Part shown: piece by piece, positions 1-8,572 of the stretch
Position numbering within the stretch: position 1 is the first letter of the stretch
How the letters are laid out: each line of letters starts with the position of its first letter
Origin: an uncultured Candidatus Saccharibacteria bacterium
GTDB taxonomy: Bacteria; Patescibacteriota; Minisyncoccia; Phycocordibacterales; Phycocordibacteraceae
NCBI GenBank assembly: GCA_964446735.1
Contig: CAYUQB010000001.1
Coordinates: 263,826 to 327,825, forward strand
DNA: 64,000 bases
Direction: 5' to 3'
Program-made: the position numbers and the translations under genes
The notes under the pieces: model-generated
Databases searched by the model: none
What the model saw: the letters and a program-made list of their open reading frames with translations, nothing else
Told to the model about the DNA's origin: nothing

Positions 1-879
1 AAGGCGATCGAGAGCGCGTACGGAATCCCGGTTCCTGGTGCACGGACCGTTCCCTACTCTCGGGTGTTTGGCGTGTTCTTTAACACAGGAAAGCATAAGG
101 CACTTGAGGACATCGCCGTACGTAAGGCGCTCTCCTTTGCGATTGACCGCGAACGCCTGGTGCATGAGCTCCTCGGAGGGTACGCGACACCGGCCACCGG
201 CCCTGTACCTCCCGGAGGGGACATCGAGAGCCCCGAGTTTCCGGTGATTGACCGGATCGAGCGTGCTCGTGAGACGCTTACGGATGCGGGATGGACCTAT
301 GATGAGGAAGCTGGTACGTGGGAGAACACGAAAAAGAAGCTCACGCTTGAACCCATCACCCTTACGACGTCTAACGTCCCGGAGCTTAAGACGATCGCCA
401 GTGCCATTGAGGCGGATTGGGAAGCGCTTGGTGTGCAGAGCTCGCTTGAACTACACGACCCTTCCACGCTCACCGCATCCAGTATTCGTCCTCGCTCGTA
501 CCAGGCACTCTTCTTCGGGATGGTCATAGGACGCGATCAAGATCTGTTCCCGTTCTGGGACTCGTCACAAAAAAATGACCCAGGTCTTAATATCGCGCTC
601 TACACGAATAAGACTGTGGATGGGCTTCTCGCACGCGCCCGCCAGGAAAATGACCCCGATGCCCGTCGCGCAGCGCTCCAACGAGCAAGTGACGCGATCG
701 CTGCAGACTATCCTGCCGCGTTCACGCACGCTCCGGACTTCGTGTATGCGCTTCCCGAGAAGGTTGGCGGGGTGGTGTTCCCCCAGATTACGGCGCCTGC
801 TGACCGGTTCGCCACCGTTTCTTCCTGGCATGTGCGTAGCGAGTGGGTATGGCCGGTGTTTGCGGGGAGAAGTGAATAG
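1..879 (+). CDS. ABC transporter substrate-binding protein, family 5 (OppA/DppA-like). C-terminal part only; the 5' end is cut by the window edge.
   Basis: Frame 1 is open from nt 1 and continuous with track ORF 64..879. The C-terminal region resembles peptide/nickel SBP family 5. Confidence 0.55.
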   Translation, partial: KAIESAYGIPVPGARTVPYSRVFGVFFNTGKHKALEDIAVRKALSFAIDRERLVHELLGGYATPATGPVPPGGDIESPEFPVIDRIERARETLTDAGWTYDEEAGTWENTKKKLTLEPITLTTSNVPELKTIASAIEADWEALGVQSSLELHDPSTLTASSIRPRSYQALFFGMVIGRDQDLFPFWDSSQKNDPGLNIALYTNKTVDGLLARARQENDPDARRAALQRASDAIAADYPAAFTHAPDFVYALPEKVGGVVFPQITAPADRFATVSSWHVRSEWVWPVFAGRSE

Positions 880-974
880 TCGCTAGCTCATAGTGTATCG
901 TAAGGGTAACTGCGATCTAGCAACTGCACGCTTCGTGCAACCGTTCGAAATTTATAAGTATCGAATATAGAAAT

Positions 975-2867
975 ATGAGTTCAGCACCAGCACCCGCTCC
1001 TGCTCCTCGAGGTGGAACACCCGCCGAGAAACCCAGTGGTCCTGCCCGTGGTCCGCGAGGCGCACGCGGTCCTGCCCGTGGCCCTCGCCCGGGTAAAGCA
1101 GCACGTAACATCCGCCGTCAGCTACGTCGCCCGATGGGCCCGTCCGGCGGCGCACCGGCAAAGAAGGCTGCAGACTACTTCCCTGAAAAGCCCGCTTCAA
1201 GCGTGGTACGCGTCGTTCCTTTGGGAGGCGTTGAGGAAGTGGGGCGCAACATGTTCACCGTAGAAACCAACAACGACATCTTCGTCTTTGACGTTGGGTT
1301 CCAATTTACCAGTGAGGACGGAAGTCCGGGCGTCGACTACATACTCCCGAACACGAAGTATCTCGAAAAGAATCAGGACCGCGTCCGTGCAGTATTTGTG
1401 ACTCACGGCCACCTTGACCACATTGGTGGTATTCCCTTCCTGATGAATCGATTCGGTAATCCTCCCATCTACACCCAGAACCTTTCTGCGGTCATGATCG
1501 CTAAGCGCCAGGAGGAATACCCAGATATGCCTAAGCCCAACCTCGTTGTAGTTGAGCCAGGCAGCACGCACACTATTGGTTCAACCAAGGTGCGCTTCTT
1601 CCCAGTTACTCATTCGATTCCTGACTCCATGGGTATCTCAGTTGAGACTCCGTACGGCAACGTCATTGTCACCGGCGACCTCAAGCTTGAGCATGAAAAT
1701 GGGATCGCAGTACCGGAAGAAGTGAAGAAATGGACCGCTATGGGAAAAGAAAAGAATCTTCTCTTCATCGCGGACTCAACGAATGCCGAGATCGAGGGCT
1801 TCTCTATTCCAGACAAGAAGGTCCACGAGACCCTCGAAGACATTATCAAGACCGTGAAGGGTCGTCTCATCATCGGTACCTTTGCCTCGCAATTCGAGCG
1901 TATGGTGAAGATCATCGAAATGTCCGAGCGCTACGGCAAGAAGATCGTCATGGAGGGCCGCTCCATTAAGACCAACCTCGAGATTGCCCAGAAGATTGGT
2001 CTGGTGAAGATTGATAAATCGACCATCATAAGTGCACAAGAGATCGGTGACTATCCTCCGGATAAGATTGTGGTCCTTGCGACCGGTGCCCAGGGCGAGG
2101 AATTTGCAGCGCTCATGCGTATCGCAACCAAGCAGCATAAGAACATCACGCTCACTGAGCGCGACACGATCGTGCTTTCCTCTTCTGTCATTCCGGGCAA
2201 CGAGCTCTCAGTGCAGAAACTGAAAGACAATCTCTACCACAACAAGGTGACGCTCATTCACTATCGCTCAAGCGACGTGCACTCGGGCGGCCACGGCCGT
2301 GCAGGAGAATTGGTCTGGATTAACCAGCAGGTGAATGCGAAGTTCTTCATGCCTGCCTATGGCTACTACTCCATGACGAGCTGCCATGCGAAAGCGGTCG
2401 AACAGGCGGGACGTGCTCGCGAGAGCATCATTCTCTCTGAAAACGGTATGGTCATCGACATCGTCGACGGCGAGAAGCTTGAAATACACAAGGAAAAGGT
2501 TCCGAACGCCCCGCTTATCGTTGACGGCTTCTCGATTGGCGATATGCAGGAGGTGGTCATACGCGACCGTCAGATGCTCGCCAAGGACGGAATGTTCGTC
2601 ATCATCGCGACCGTGAATCTAAAGACCGGTAAGCTTCGGAAGTCTCCGGACATCATCTCCCGTGGATTTATCTATCTCCGCGAAAGTCAGGACCTCCTGA
2701 ATCAGTCACGCCTTCTTATCAAGAAGACCGTGGAAGATACGACTAAGGGTATGAATCCAGTTGATCTCGACTACGTGAAGAATACCCTCTCTGACACCAT
2801 GGCGGGATATCTCTTCGCGCGCACCAACAAGGCGCCGATGGTGATACCGGTGTTGATTGGGGTATAA
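975..2867 (+). CDS. rnj: Ribonuclease J (beta-CASP metallo-beta-lactamase RNase) with an approx. 80-aa Arg/Pro/Gly-rich N-terminal extension
   Basis: HGHLDHIGG metallo-beta-lactamase motif, beta-CASP region and RNase J C-terminal domain. ATG at 975. The first approx. 80 aa are low-complexity (APAPAPAPRGG...GPRGARGPARGPRPG). Confidence 0.85.
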   Translation: MSSAPAPAPAPRGGTPAEKPSGPARGPRGARGPARGPRPGKAARNIRRQLRRPMGPSGGAPAKKAADYFPEKPASSVVRVVPLGGVEEVGRNMFTVETNNDIFVFDVGFQFTSEDGSPGVDYILPNTKYLEKNQDRVRAVFVTHGHLDHIGGIPFLMNRFGNPPIYTQNLSAVMIAKRQEEYPDMPKPNLVVVEPGSTHTIGSTKVRFFPVTHSIPDSMGISVETPYGNVIVTGDLKLEHENGIAVPEEVKKWTAMGKEKNLLFIADSTNAEIEGFSIPDKKVHETLEDIIKTVKGRLIIGTFASQFERMVKIIEMSERYGKKIVMEGRSIKTNLEIAQKIGLVKIDKSTIISAQEIGDYPPDKIVVLATGAQGEEFAALMRIATKQHKNITLTERDTIVLSSSVIPGNELSVQKLKDNLYHNKVTLIHYRSSDVHSGGHGRAGELVWINQQVNAKFFMPAYGYYSMTSCHAKAVEQAGRARESIILSENGMVIDIVDGEKLEIHKEKVPNAPLIVDGFSIGDMQEVVIRDRQMLAKDGMFVIIATVNLKTGKLRKSPDIISRGFIYLRESQDLLNQSRLLIKKTVEDTTKGMNPVDLDYVKNTLSDTMAGYLFARTNKAPMVIPVLIGV

Positions 2868-2884
2868 GGAAAACGAAACGAACG

Positions 2885-2915
2885 GCCGCCGCGGTACACG
2901 CGGCGGCTTTCGTTT
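2885..2915. terminator. Bidirectional intrinsic terminator hairpin between rnj and a convergent small gene
   Basis: GCCGCCGCG-gtaca-CGCGGCGGC stem-loop followed by TTTCGTTT. The reverse strand is also followed by a T-rich run. Confidence 0.6.
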
Positions 2916-2929
2916 GGACGACCTCCGAA

Positions 2930-3190
2930 TCAGTGGGCGATGTGTCTGGCGAGCGCTTCCAGAAAACGCTCTCCTTTCGACCCGTTCAGCATGCCAGGGA
3001 CCTCGATGGTGATGCCCGCAGCGCCATGCCCCAAGATCTTCACTCCCTGGCCGTGGGGCCAGAGCGCATGGTGGACATGCTGGATTACTTGGTCACTCGG
3101 AAAGGGGCCGCCCGCCTGTTCCCAGGTCAGGGAGTACAGGCTACCGCCGTTAGTTCCGGGCGCGATACATTCAAGCTTGAGTTTGGCCAT
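2930..3190 (-). CDS. Hypothetical 86-aa protein
   Basis: Minus-strand ORF. ATG at 3190 lies 5 nt downstream of a GGGAGG Shine-Dalgarno. It sits antisense to the non-coding N-terminal extension of track ORF 2933..4444. Confidence 0.5.
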   Translation of the reverse strand: MAKLKLECIAPGTNGGSLYSLTWEQAGGPFPSDQVIQHVHHALWPHGQGVKILGHGAAGITIEVPGMLNGSKGERFLEALARHIAH

Positions 3191-3289
3191 TGGCACCTCC
3201 CAAAGCTACTCCTTCCAAAAGTTAAGCACGACTATATTGGTTGCGCTACATTCATGTGCGCCGAGATCGAGTGCTACACTAATTTTCAA

Positions 3290-4444
3290 ATGAAGCCGCG
3301 TTCCATTCTCACGCTCGGCAATTTCTTTGCGTCTGCGCATTTCTATCTCATTGTCTACATCATTACGCCGTACCTGGCGACGTTCATGCCAGACTCGGCA
3401 ACGGGACTTGTTGTCTCACTCGGTGCGGTCGTCACCCTTGCCGTATTTCCCTGGATGCCCCGACTCGTACGTACGTATGGCACCCGCCACTTAGCGATTT
3501 ACTTCGGTCTTGCACAGCTTTTGGTACTCGGGTTGCTTGCGGTTGAACCCGCACCCCTACCGGCACTTCTGTTGATCGCTATCGCCTGCGCGACTTCTCC
3601 ACTTATTAGCTATCAGATGGATCTACTGCTTGAGGCAACCATCGCTAAGGAAGAGGCGACCGGGCGAATCAGGACGCTCTTCCTCACTGCTGGCAATCTT
3701 GCCCTTATTGCGGCTCCCCTTGCGATAGGTTTGGTCATGGATTCAACGGACGCATACTGGCGGGTATTTGCGGTGGCGGCAGCCACACTCATTCCATTCG
3801 TGCTGCTTATGTCGATCCGCCCGCTTCCCCATGGGACAGGAACTACTATTGTGAGTTTTGCCGAAGCATTCCAGTGTCTCATGCGTAACGCAGACACCCG
3901 AGCAACGATTATTGCCCACTTCACGCTCCAGTTCTTCTACCATCTCGCACCCCTCTATCTCCCGCTCTATCTCCACACGGTACTTGGTATTCCGTGGGAC
4001 CAGCTCGGCTGGATGTTCATGATCATGCTTCTACCGTTTGTTCTCCTTGAGTACCCGGCTGGGTGGCTTGCGGATCGTAAGTGGGGCGACCAGGAGATCA
4101 TGGTTATTGGATTTATTCTCACTGGCGTCTCATTTGCAGCACTCGCGTTTGTGAATGAGCACACGATGACGCTGGTTATCCTCATCATCCTTATCATGAC
4201 GCGTGTCGGAGCCGCTCTCATTGAAGCAATGTCAGAGGGTCACTTTTTCCGGCGGGTCTCAAAAAACGATGACGCCTCGGTGGGTATCTTCCGCATGACG
4301 CGCCCGATAGCTGCACTGATTGCACCTCTGCTCGGAAGTATCATCCTCGTCGTATCAGGATATGGCACGCTGTTTGTCGTTACCGGAGCATTGATTGGCG
4401 TCGTGGGCGTTAACGCCGCACTTAGAATTAAGGACGTTAAGTAG
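3290..4444 (+). CDS. MFS transporter (12-TM permease)
   Basis: In-frame ATG at 3290 begins the hydrophobic, multi-TM part of track ORF 2933..4444. The upstream 119 codons look non-coding and overlap the minus-strand gene. Confidence 0.7.
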   Translation: MKPRSILTLGNFFASAHFYLIVYIITPYLATFMPDSATGLVVSLGAVVTLAVFPWMPRLVRTYGTRHLAIYFGLAQLLVLGLLAVEPAPLPALLLIAIACATSPLISYQMDLLLEATIAKEEATGRIRTLFLTAGNLALIAAPLAIGLVMDSTDAYWRVFAVAAATLIPFVLLMSIRPLPHGTGTTIVSFAEAFQCLMRNADTRATIIAHFTLQFFYHLAPLYLPLYLHTVLGIPWDQLGWMFMIMLLPFVLLEYPAGWLADRKWGDQEIMVIGFILTGVSFAALAFVNEHTMTLVILIILIMTRVGAALIEAMSEGHFFRRVSKNDDASVGIFRMTRPIAALIAPLLGSIILVVSGYGTLFVVTGALIGVVGVNAALRIKDVK

Positions 4445-5245
4445 CTACGGGAGCTGGTACCGGGTACCAGTGCGCGTAATCATTCCTTCTTGGAGTAGTT
4501 TTTGAAGTTGCGTAGTGAGCTGTATTGTTCGGTCGTCACCAAGGAGCCTCGTAAGTCGAGTCTTGGTTGTGTTTCCTTTTGCAAGTTCACGCAGGATTGC
4601 GCCACGTGCTTGCCGATCTGACCCGGAAAATGTTTTTTGTTTTGTATACCCCTTTGATTTCCCATTGAGTCGTACACCACTTCGTTTTAAATGTGCGCCA
4701 TAGTCCATGAGCGCTGCGTACCATTCCCTACTCTTTCCTTTTGGATGTACGTTCTCAAGAATCGCTAGTACTTCGCGATCGTGCACCGCGCGCTTCTTTG
4801 GAAAGAAGTGGTGAATTACTGCGCTGCGAATATTGGTTTCAATAAAGACTTCGTCTGCGTTATGCGCGAACGCCATGATTGCTCGAGCGGTATAGGGACC
4901 GATACCGGGAAGACGTTCAAGATCTGTGGCCGTTTTCGGAAATACTCCCGTACGTACAATTGCTCGTGCCGCTTCGTGCAGCATCTTCGCCCGTCGGTTA
5001 TACCCGAGTCCTTGCCAGACTTTAAGTACCTCACCTAATGGAGCATCGGCTAACTTTTTAACTGTCGGGAAGCGCTTCAGCCATATTTTGTAGTATGGCT
5101 TTACCCGCTCCACCTGCGTCTGCTGAAGCATCACTTCAGAAACAAGAATGCGATACGGGTCACGAGTCGTCCGCCACGGAAGATCGTGACGGCCATGGGT
5201 GCGGTAATGCTTCCAGACGATTCTTCTAAACTGCGCTGGCGTCAT
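4445..5245 (-). CDS. HhH-GPD base-excision DNA glycosylase (MutY/EndoIII-like). It has no Fe-S cysteine motif and carries a C-terminal winged-HTH-like domain.
   Basis: DPYRILVSEVMLQQTQV and LPGIGPYTARAI (HhH-GPD) motifs. The protein has zero Cys. The C-terminal approx. 70 aa are basic and helix-turn-helix-like. Confidence 0.7.
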   Translation of the reverse strand: MTPAQFRRIVWKHYRTHGRHDLPWRTTRDPYRILVSEVMLQQTQVERVKPYYKIWLKRFPTVKKLADAPLGEVLKVWQGLGYNRRAKMLHEAARAIVRTGVFPKTATDLERLPGIGPYTARAIMAFAHNADEVFIETNIRSAVIHHFFPKKRAVHDREVLAILENVHPKGKSREWYAALMDYGAHLKRSGVRLNGKSKGYTKQKTFSGSDRQARGAILRELAKGNTTKTRLTRLLGDDRTIQLTTQLQKLLQEGMITRTGTRYQLP

Positions 5246-5462
5246 CCGCTACCGGCTTTGAAGGAGTTATCTTTGGTTCCTCCGGAACGACAAACATGGC
5301 GATGATGTAGCCTACGATGCCGGGAACAAAGCCGGTGAAGACCGTTGCCATGAGGTAAATGAGGCGAATGAGTACGGGATCGACATCAAAGTATTCGCCG
5401 ACGCCGCCGCACACACCTTCGAGTACCTTATGGTCCCTGCTTCTATAGAGTCGTTTGGTCAT
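5226..5462 (-). CDS. PspC-domain protein (small membrane stress-response protein)
   Basis: LYRSRDHKVLEGVCGGVGEYFDVDPVLIRLIY is a PspC-domain signature, followed by a TM helix. Start taken at the internal MTKRLYRS (ATG at 5462); the track ORF extends to 5549. Confidence 0.65.
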   Translation of the reverse strand: MTKRLYRSRDHKVLEGVCGGVGEYFDVDPVLIRLIYLMATVFTGFVPGIVGYIIAMFVVPEEPKITPSKPVADDASAV

Positions 5463-5520
5463 GGAGGGAGTATACCAAATGAAAAATGAATCGCGCCCGG
5501 CGGGTTGCCGGGCGCTTGGT

Positions 5521-5934
5521 TCAACGCTTTCTGCGGGGCTTACGCCCACAGTTGCGCTTGTATTCGTTACTCCGATCGCGCATGAAATCGTCCGGATCGA
5601 AGGTGTGGGGACGAATCACGCACCAAACGGGGACCTTCCCCGTCGGGAGAGAGTCGAAACTGGACTCGTAGTCTTCACGATGCCAACGAAGCACACACGT
5701 ACGCGCTTCATGGTTTTTCGCACGCCAGCGCCCGAGGGCTGCCGCGCGCTCATGCGCGAGGCGTTCTTGCTCTTCCGCCTCGTGCTGCTCACGTGCACGG
5801 ATTTGCAAAATCGTCTGACGATACGAACGCACGTAGTACCTCGTGAGAGCGCAGTTCCCAGCAAGCCTCGCCTGCGCGAGTTCGCTCAAGATCTGCTTCG
5901 CTTCAGGAGGAACGGAGAGCGTCAAAGTCGTCAT
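5521..5934 (-). CDS. Hypothetical protein with an N-terminal ribbon-helix-helix-like segment and a basic C-terminal tail
   Basis: MTTLTLSVPPEAKQILSELA resembles a CopG/Arc RHH N-terminus. It lies upstream of the PspC-domain gene on the same strand. The opposite-strand ORF 5455..6015 is judged a shadow. Confidence 0.45.
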   Translation of the reverse strand: MTTLTLSVPPEAKQILSELAQARLAGNCALTRYYVRSYRQTILQIRAREQHEAEEQERLAHERAAALGRWRAKNHEARTCVLRWHREDYESSFDSLPTGKVPVWCVIRPHTFDPDDFMRDRSNEYKRNCGRKPRRKR

Positions 5935-6107
5935 AGTGATTCTCCTTCGTGTCTTTGGATAATGGGGTTGCGTGTAGCACCCCATGTTCCTCGACGAAGT
6001 CGAATCGTTCGATGAGATGCTTCTTATGAAAGCATCAGCGTCTTGTGGTCATGGCATTTCTCCAGGAACAGGGTTCAGAGGGACTATGCCATGAAGAGCT
6101 CTTTAAG

Positions 6108-6800
6108 TCAAATCTCGTAGATCACGTCTTTCCTTTCCACCACTATTTTCCAATCGTTCTTCTTGGCGTGCCGGTAGAGCAACCGATTGGGATTGAATGC
6201 AATGGGTGTTTCTACAAACGCAAGCATCCCAATATCATTCTCGGTATCTCCGACGCCGACTGCACCGGTAGCGGTAAGGCTGTGTTTCTCCATGGCGCGC
6301 TTTAGTATTGCCGCCTTATTCATGATCAGGTGCTCGTCCACAATCTCGCCCGTAAAGCGATTACTCGCTCCCGTGTCATAGAACGTACCGTATGACTTAT
6401 CAAACCCCAGTTCATAGGCGAAGCCATCGACAATAAATTTGGGTGAGTGCGAGATCGCAAGAAGGTAATGGCCTTGTTTCTTGAGATCAGCGAGTAAATC
6501 TCGTGTGTAGTGGTACACCCGGTCCCGCTTCGCTTCGATGATCTCACCGGCAACATCAGCGACGTCGCCATAGGGAATGCCTTTGGCGTACTTACCAAAC
6601 GCATGCACTACCTTTTCTATAAAAGGACCATACTCCCCTTTGCGATTGAGCCAGTCTTCGTGAGCATCTTTATAGGTAGTACGAGCTGCCGGAGGAAATA
6701 TCTCACGCCTCACCAATTCCTCAACTAACTCAATGAGTAGCGACGAACGGAATAGGGTCCCATCGATATCGAACACCCCCACTGGCCGGGCACGTTCCAT
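6108..6800 (-). CDS. HAD-superfamily hydrolase (HAD-IB, phosphoserine-phosphatase-like)
   Basis: FDIDGTL motif I and GDTENDIGM motif IV. Confidence 0.75.
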   Translation of the reverse strand: MERARPVGVFDIDGTLFRSSLLIELVEELVRREIFPPAARTTYKDAHEDWLNRKGEYGPFIEKVVHAFGKYAKGIPYGDVADVAGEIIEAKRDRVYHYTRDLLADLKKQGHYLLAISHSPKFIVDGFAYELGFDKSYGTFYDTGASNRFTGEIVDEHLIMNKAAILKRAMEKHSLTATGAVGVGDTENDIGMLAFVETPIAFNPNRLLYRHAKKNDWKIVVERKDVIYEI

Positions 6801-6815
6801 ACCAGTAATGGTACC

Positions 6816-7418
6816 TTACCGACACCCTCTCCCCCACCGACACACCACGGTCTTCTTCGTAAAGAAAGCAATGGAGAAAATCACAATAGTTTCAAAGAGA
6901 AGGAAGACCGGATAGGCAAGATTCGCAATATCGTGTTTTTCGGTTGCGATGATACCAAGCGCTGACGCAATGATCATAAGAAACCACGCAAACTGGTCTT
7001 CTGTGTGCGGATACTTTCTCGTCTTTACAATAGTGGGGATGGCTCCAATACCGTCGGCAATAATCGGAAGGAGAATAGCAAGTTCAGGATGATCGGTGAA
7101 TATAAGAATGGCGATGGCGATTCCGCCCAAGACCAGCGCAACCGAATCGATCCAGGTATATTCCTTATACCCATACTTGGTGAGCGAGAGCAGGAAGATG
7201 ATACCGACACTAACGGTCGAACCAAGGAGAAGGTATACCGACCACGATGCTCCCGCTTTGAACTGTGCAATGAGCGCGATGGTTTGTAGGAGTGTCCAGA
7301 TGAAATAGGTGACGACGTTTGGCTTGGTGATGCCGCCAATGATGTTCCAGATATAGGGAATGCCGGTCGCAAACGCGAGCACACCTGCAATGATGCCGAT
7401 GAGTTGATAGTCGATCAT
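6816..7418 (-). CDS. Hypothetical integral membrane protein (approx. 6 TM)
   Basis: Strongly hydrophobic. ATG at 7418 overlaps the nth stop as ATGA (translational coupling). Confidence 0.55.
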   Translation of the reverse strand: MIDYQLIGIIAGVLAFATGIPYIWNIIGGITKPNVVTYFIWTLLQTIALIAQFKAGASWSVYLLLGSTVSVGIIFLLSLTKYGYKEYTWIDSVALVLGGIAIAILIFTDHPELAILLPIIADGIGAIPTIVKTRKYPHTEDQFAWFLMIIASALGIIATEKHDIANLAYPVFLLFETIVIFSIAFFTKKTVVCRWGRGCR

Positions 7419-8098
7419 TTCGATTTCGGCCAACGGGTAGCTGCCTCTGGCCAGAGTTTCGTGAGCGGATGCTTGATGCAGTCGTGCGGCAGTGCGGGGC
7501 AGACGTAGCGACCGTAGAGGACAAGTCCGTTATTCACGTAGCGCCAGTCTGCTTTCGGTACCAACGCCTCGAGATCCTTTGATATTTTCGTGAGGTCAGT
7601 GTTGTCCGTAAGATCAAATCGAATCGCAAACCGCCGGACATGCGTATCGGTGGGTATCCCCTCCCAGATGTTATGGAGCTCGCCGAGGACGACATGTGCT
7701 GTCTTATACGCGACTCCCGGGAGCTTCACGAGTTCGCTTTCGGTCTTAGGTACCTTCCCGTTATAGTGAGCCCGCACATACTGCGCTGCCGCAATAATGT
7801 GTTTAGCTTTATTCTGATAGAACGTAATCGATGAAATCTCCCGGGTGAATGTTGCAAGGTTTGCGTCTGCGAAATCGTCCACTGTCCGGTACTTCTTCCA
7901 CAGGGTCTCGGTGAGACGATTCACCGCCTTATCCGTTGCTTGTGCCGAGAGAATAACGGATGCAACGAACTGGAACGAGGTTGTATACGTGAGTTCTGAC
8001 TTCGGGACCGGGTACTCTTTCTTGAGGTAGGCAACGATTTTCTTCATTCGTGCCGCACGTTCTTTGAACTTAGGATCGAGTATGGAGAGCTGTGCCAT
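7415..8098 (-). CDS. nth: Endonuclease III (Nth) with a degenerate Fe-S ligand set (2 Cys only)
   Basis: Full-length similarity to EndoIII and an HhH-GPD core. The C-terminus has CPALPHDC but lacks the third and fourth cluster cysteines. Confidence 0.8.
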   Translation of the reverse strand: MAQLSILDPKFKERAARMKKIVAYLKKEYPVPKSELTYTTSFQFVASVILSAQATDKAVNRLTETLWKKYRTVDDFADANLATFTREISSITFYQNKAKHIIAAAQYVRAHYNGKVPKTESELVKLPGVAYKTAHVVLGELHNIWEGIPTDTHVRRFAIRFDLTDNTDLTKISKDLEALVPKADWRYVNNGLVLYGRYVCPALPHDCIKHPLTKLWPEAATRWPKSK

Positions 8099-8100
8099 GA

Positions 8101-8571
8101 CTACCGGAGTGTCCGCAAATCGGTAAGTACTTCATCTGCATGCGCATCTGCTTTTACGTTCTCGTACACCTTCGCAATCTTCCCGTCAGGAGCAACGAGG
8201 AACGAGGTACGTTTAATGCCCTCATATTCGCGCCCCATGAACTTCTTTGGTCCCCAGACACCATAGGTGTTCACGATTGTCTTGTCTTCGTCCGCAAGAA
8301 GCGGAAACGCAAGACCGTACTTCTGCGCAAATTTCATATGACTCTTCACGCTGTCAGCAGAAACGCCTAGTACAACAGCATCGAGTTTCTTAAAGTCCGG
8401 GTCCGCATCCCGTATGGCACAGGCCTGTTTGGTACAGCCGGGTGTGTCGTCCTTGGGGTAGAAATAAATAAGCACCCATTTCCCACGATACGCAGACAAG
8501 GTGTGCTGCACTCCATCCTGATCCGGCAACGTGAAGTCAGGCGCAGGGGCGCCAGAGCGAGGCATCGCCAT
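8101..8571 (-). CDS. bcp: Thiol peroxidase Bcp (peroxiredoxin Q)
   Basis: PAPDFTLPDQDG...FYPKDDTPGCT peroxiredoxin active-site context. ATG 1 nt after the upstream gene's stop. Confidence 0.85.
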   Translation of the reverse strand: MAMPRSGAPAPDFTLPDQDGVQHTLSAYRGKWVLIYFYPKDDTPGCTKQACAIRDADPDFKKLDAVVLGVSADSVKSHMKFAQKYGLAFPLLADEDKTIVNTYGVWGPKKFMGREYEGIKRTSFLVAPDGKIAKVYENVKADAHADEVLTDLRTLR

Positions 8572-8572
8572 A

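Noticed and set aside
2933-3289. N-terminal 119 codons of the long track ORF 2933..4444
   Set aside because: Hydrophilic and unlike any MFS N-terminus. A minus-strand ORF with a strong RBS occupies the interval. The MFS start was moved to 3290.
5455-6015. 186-aa plus-strand ORF overlapping the RHH-like and PspC-domain genes
   Set aside because: Arg-rich, low-complexity translation typical of a shadow ORF in GC-rich DNA. The minus-strand frames carry recognisable domains (PspC) and coherent starts.
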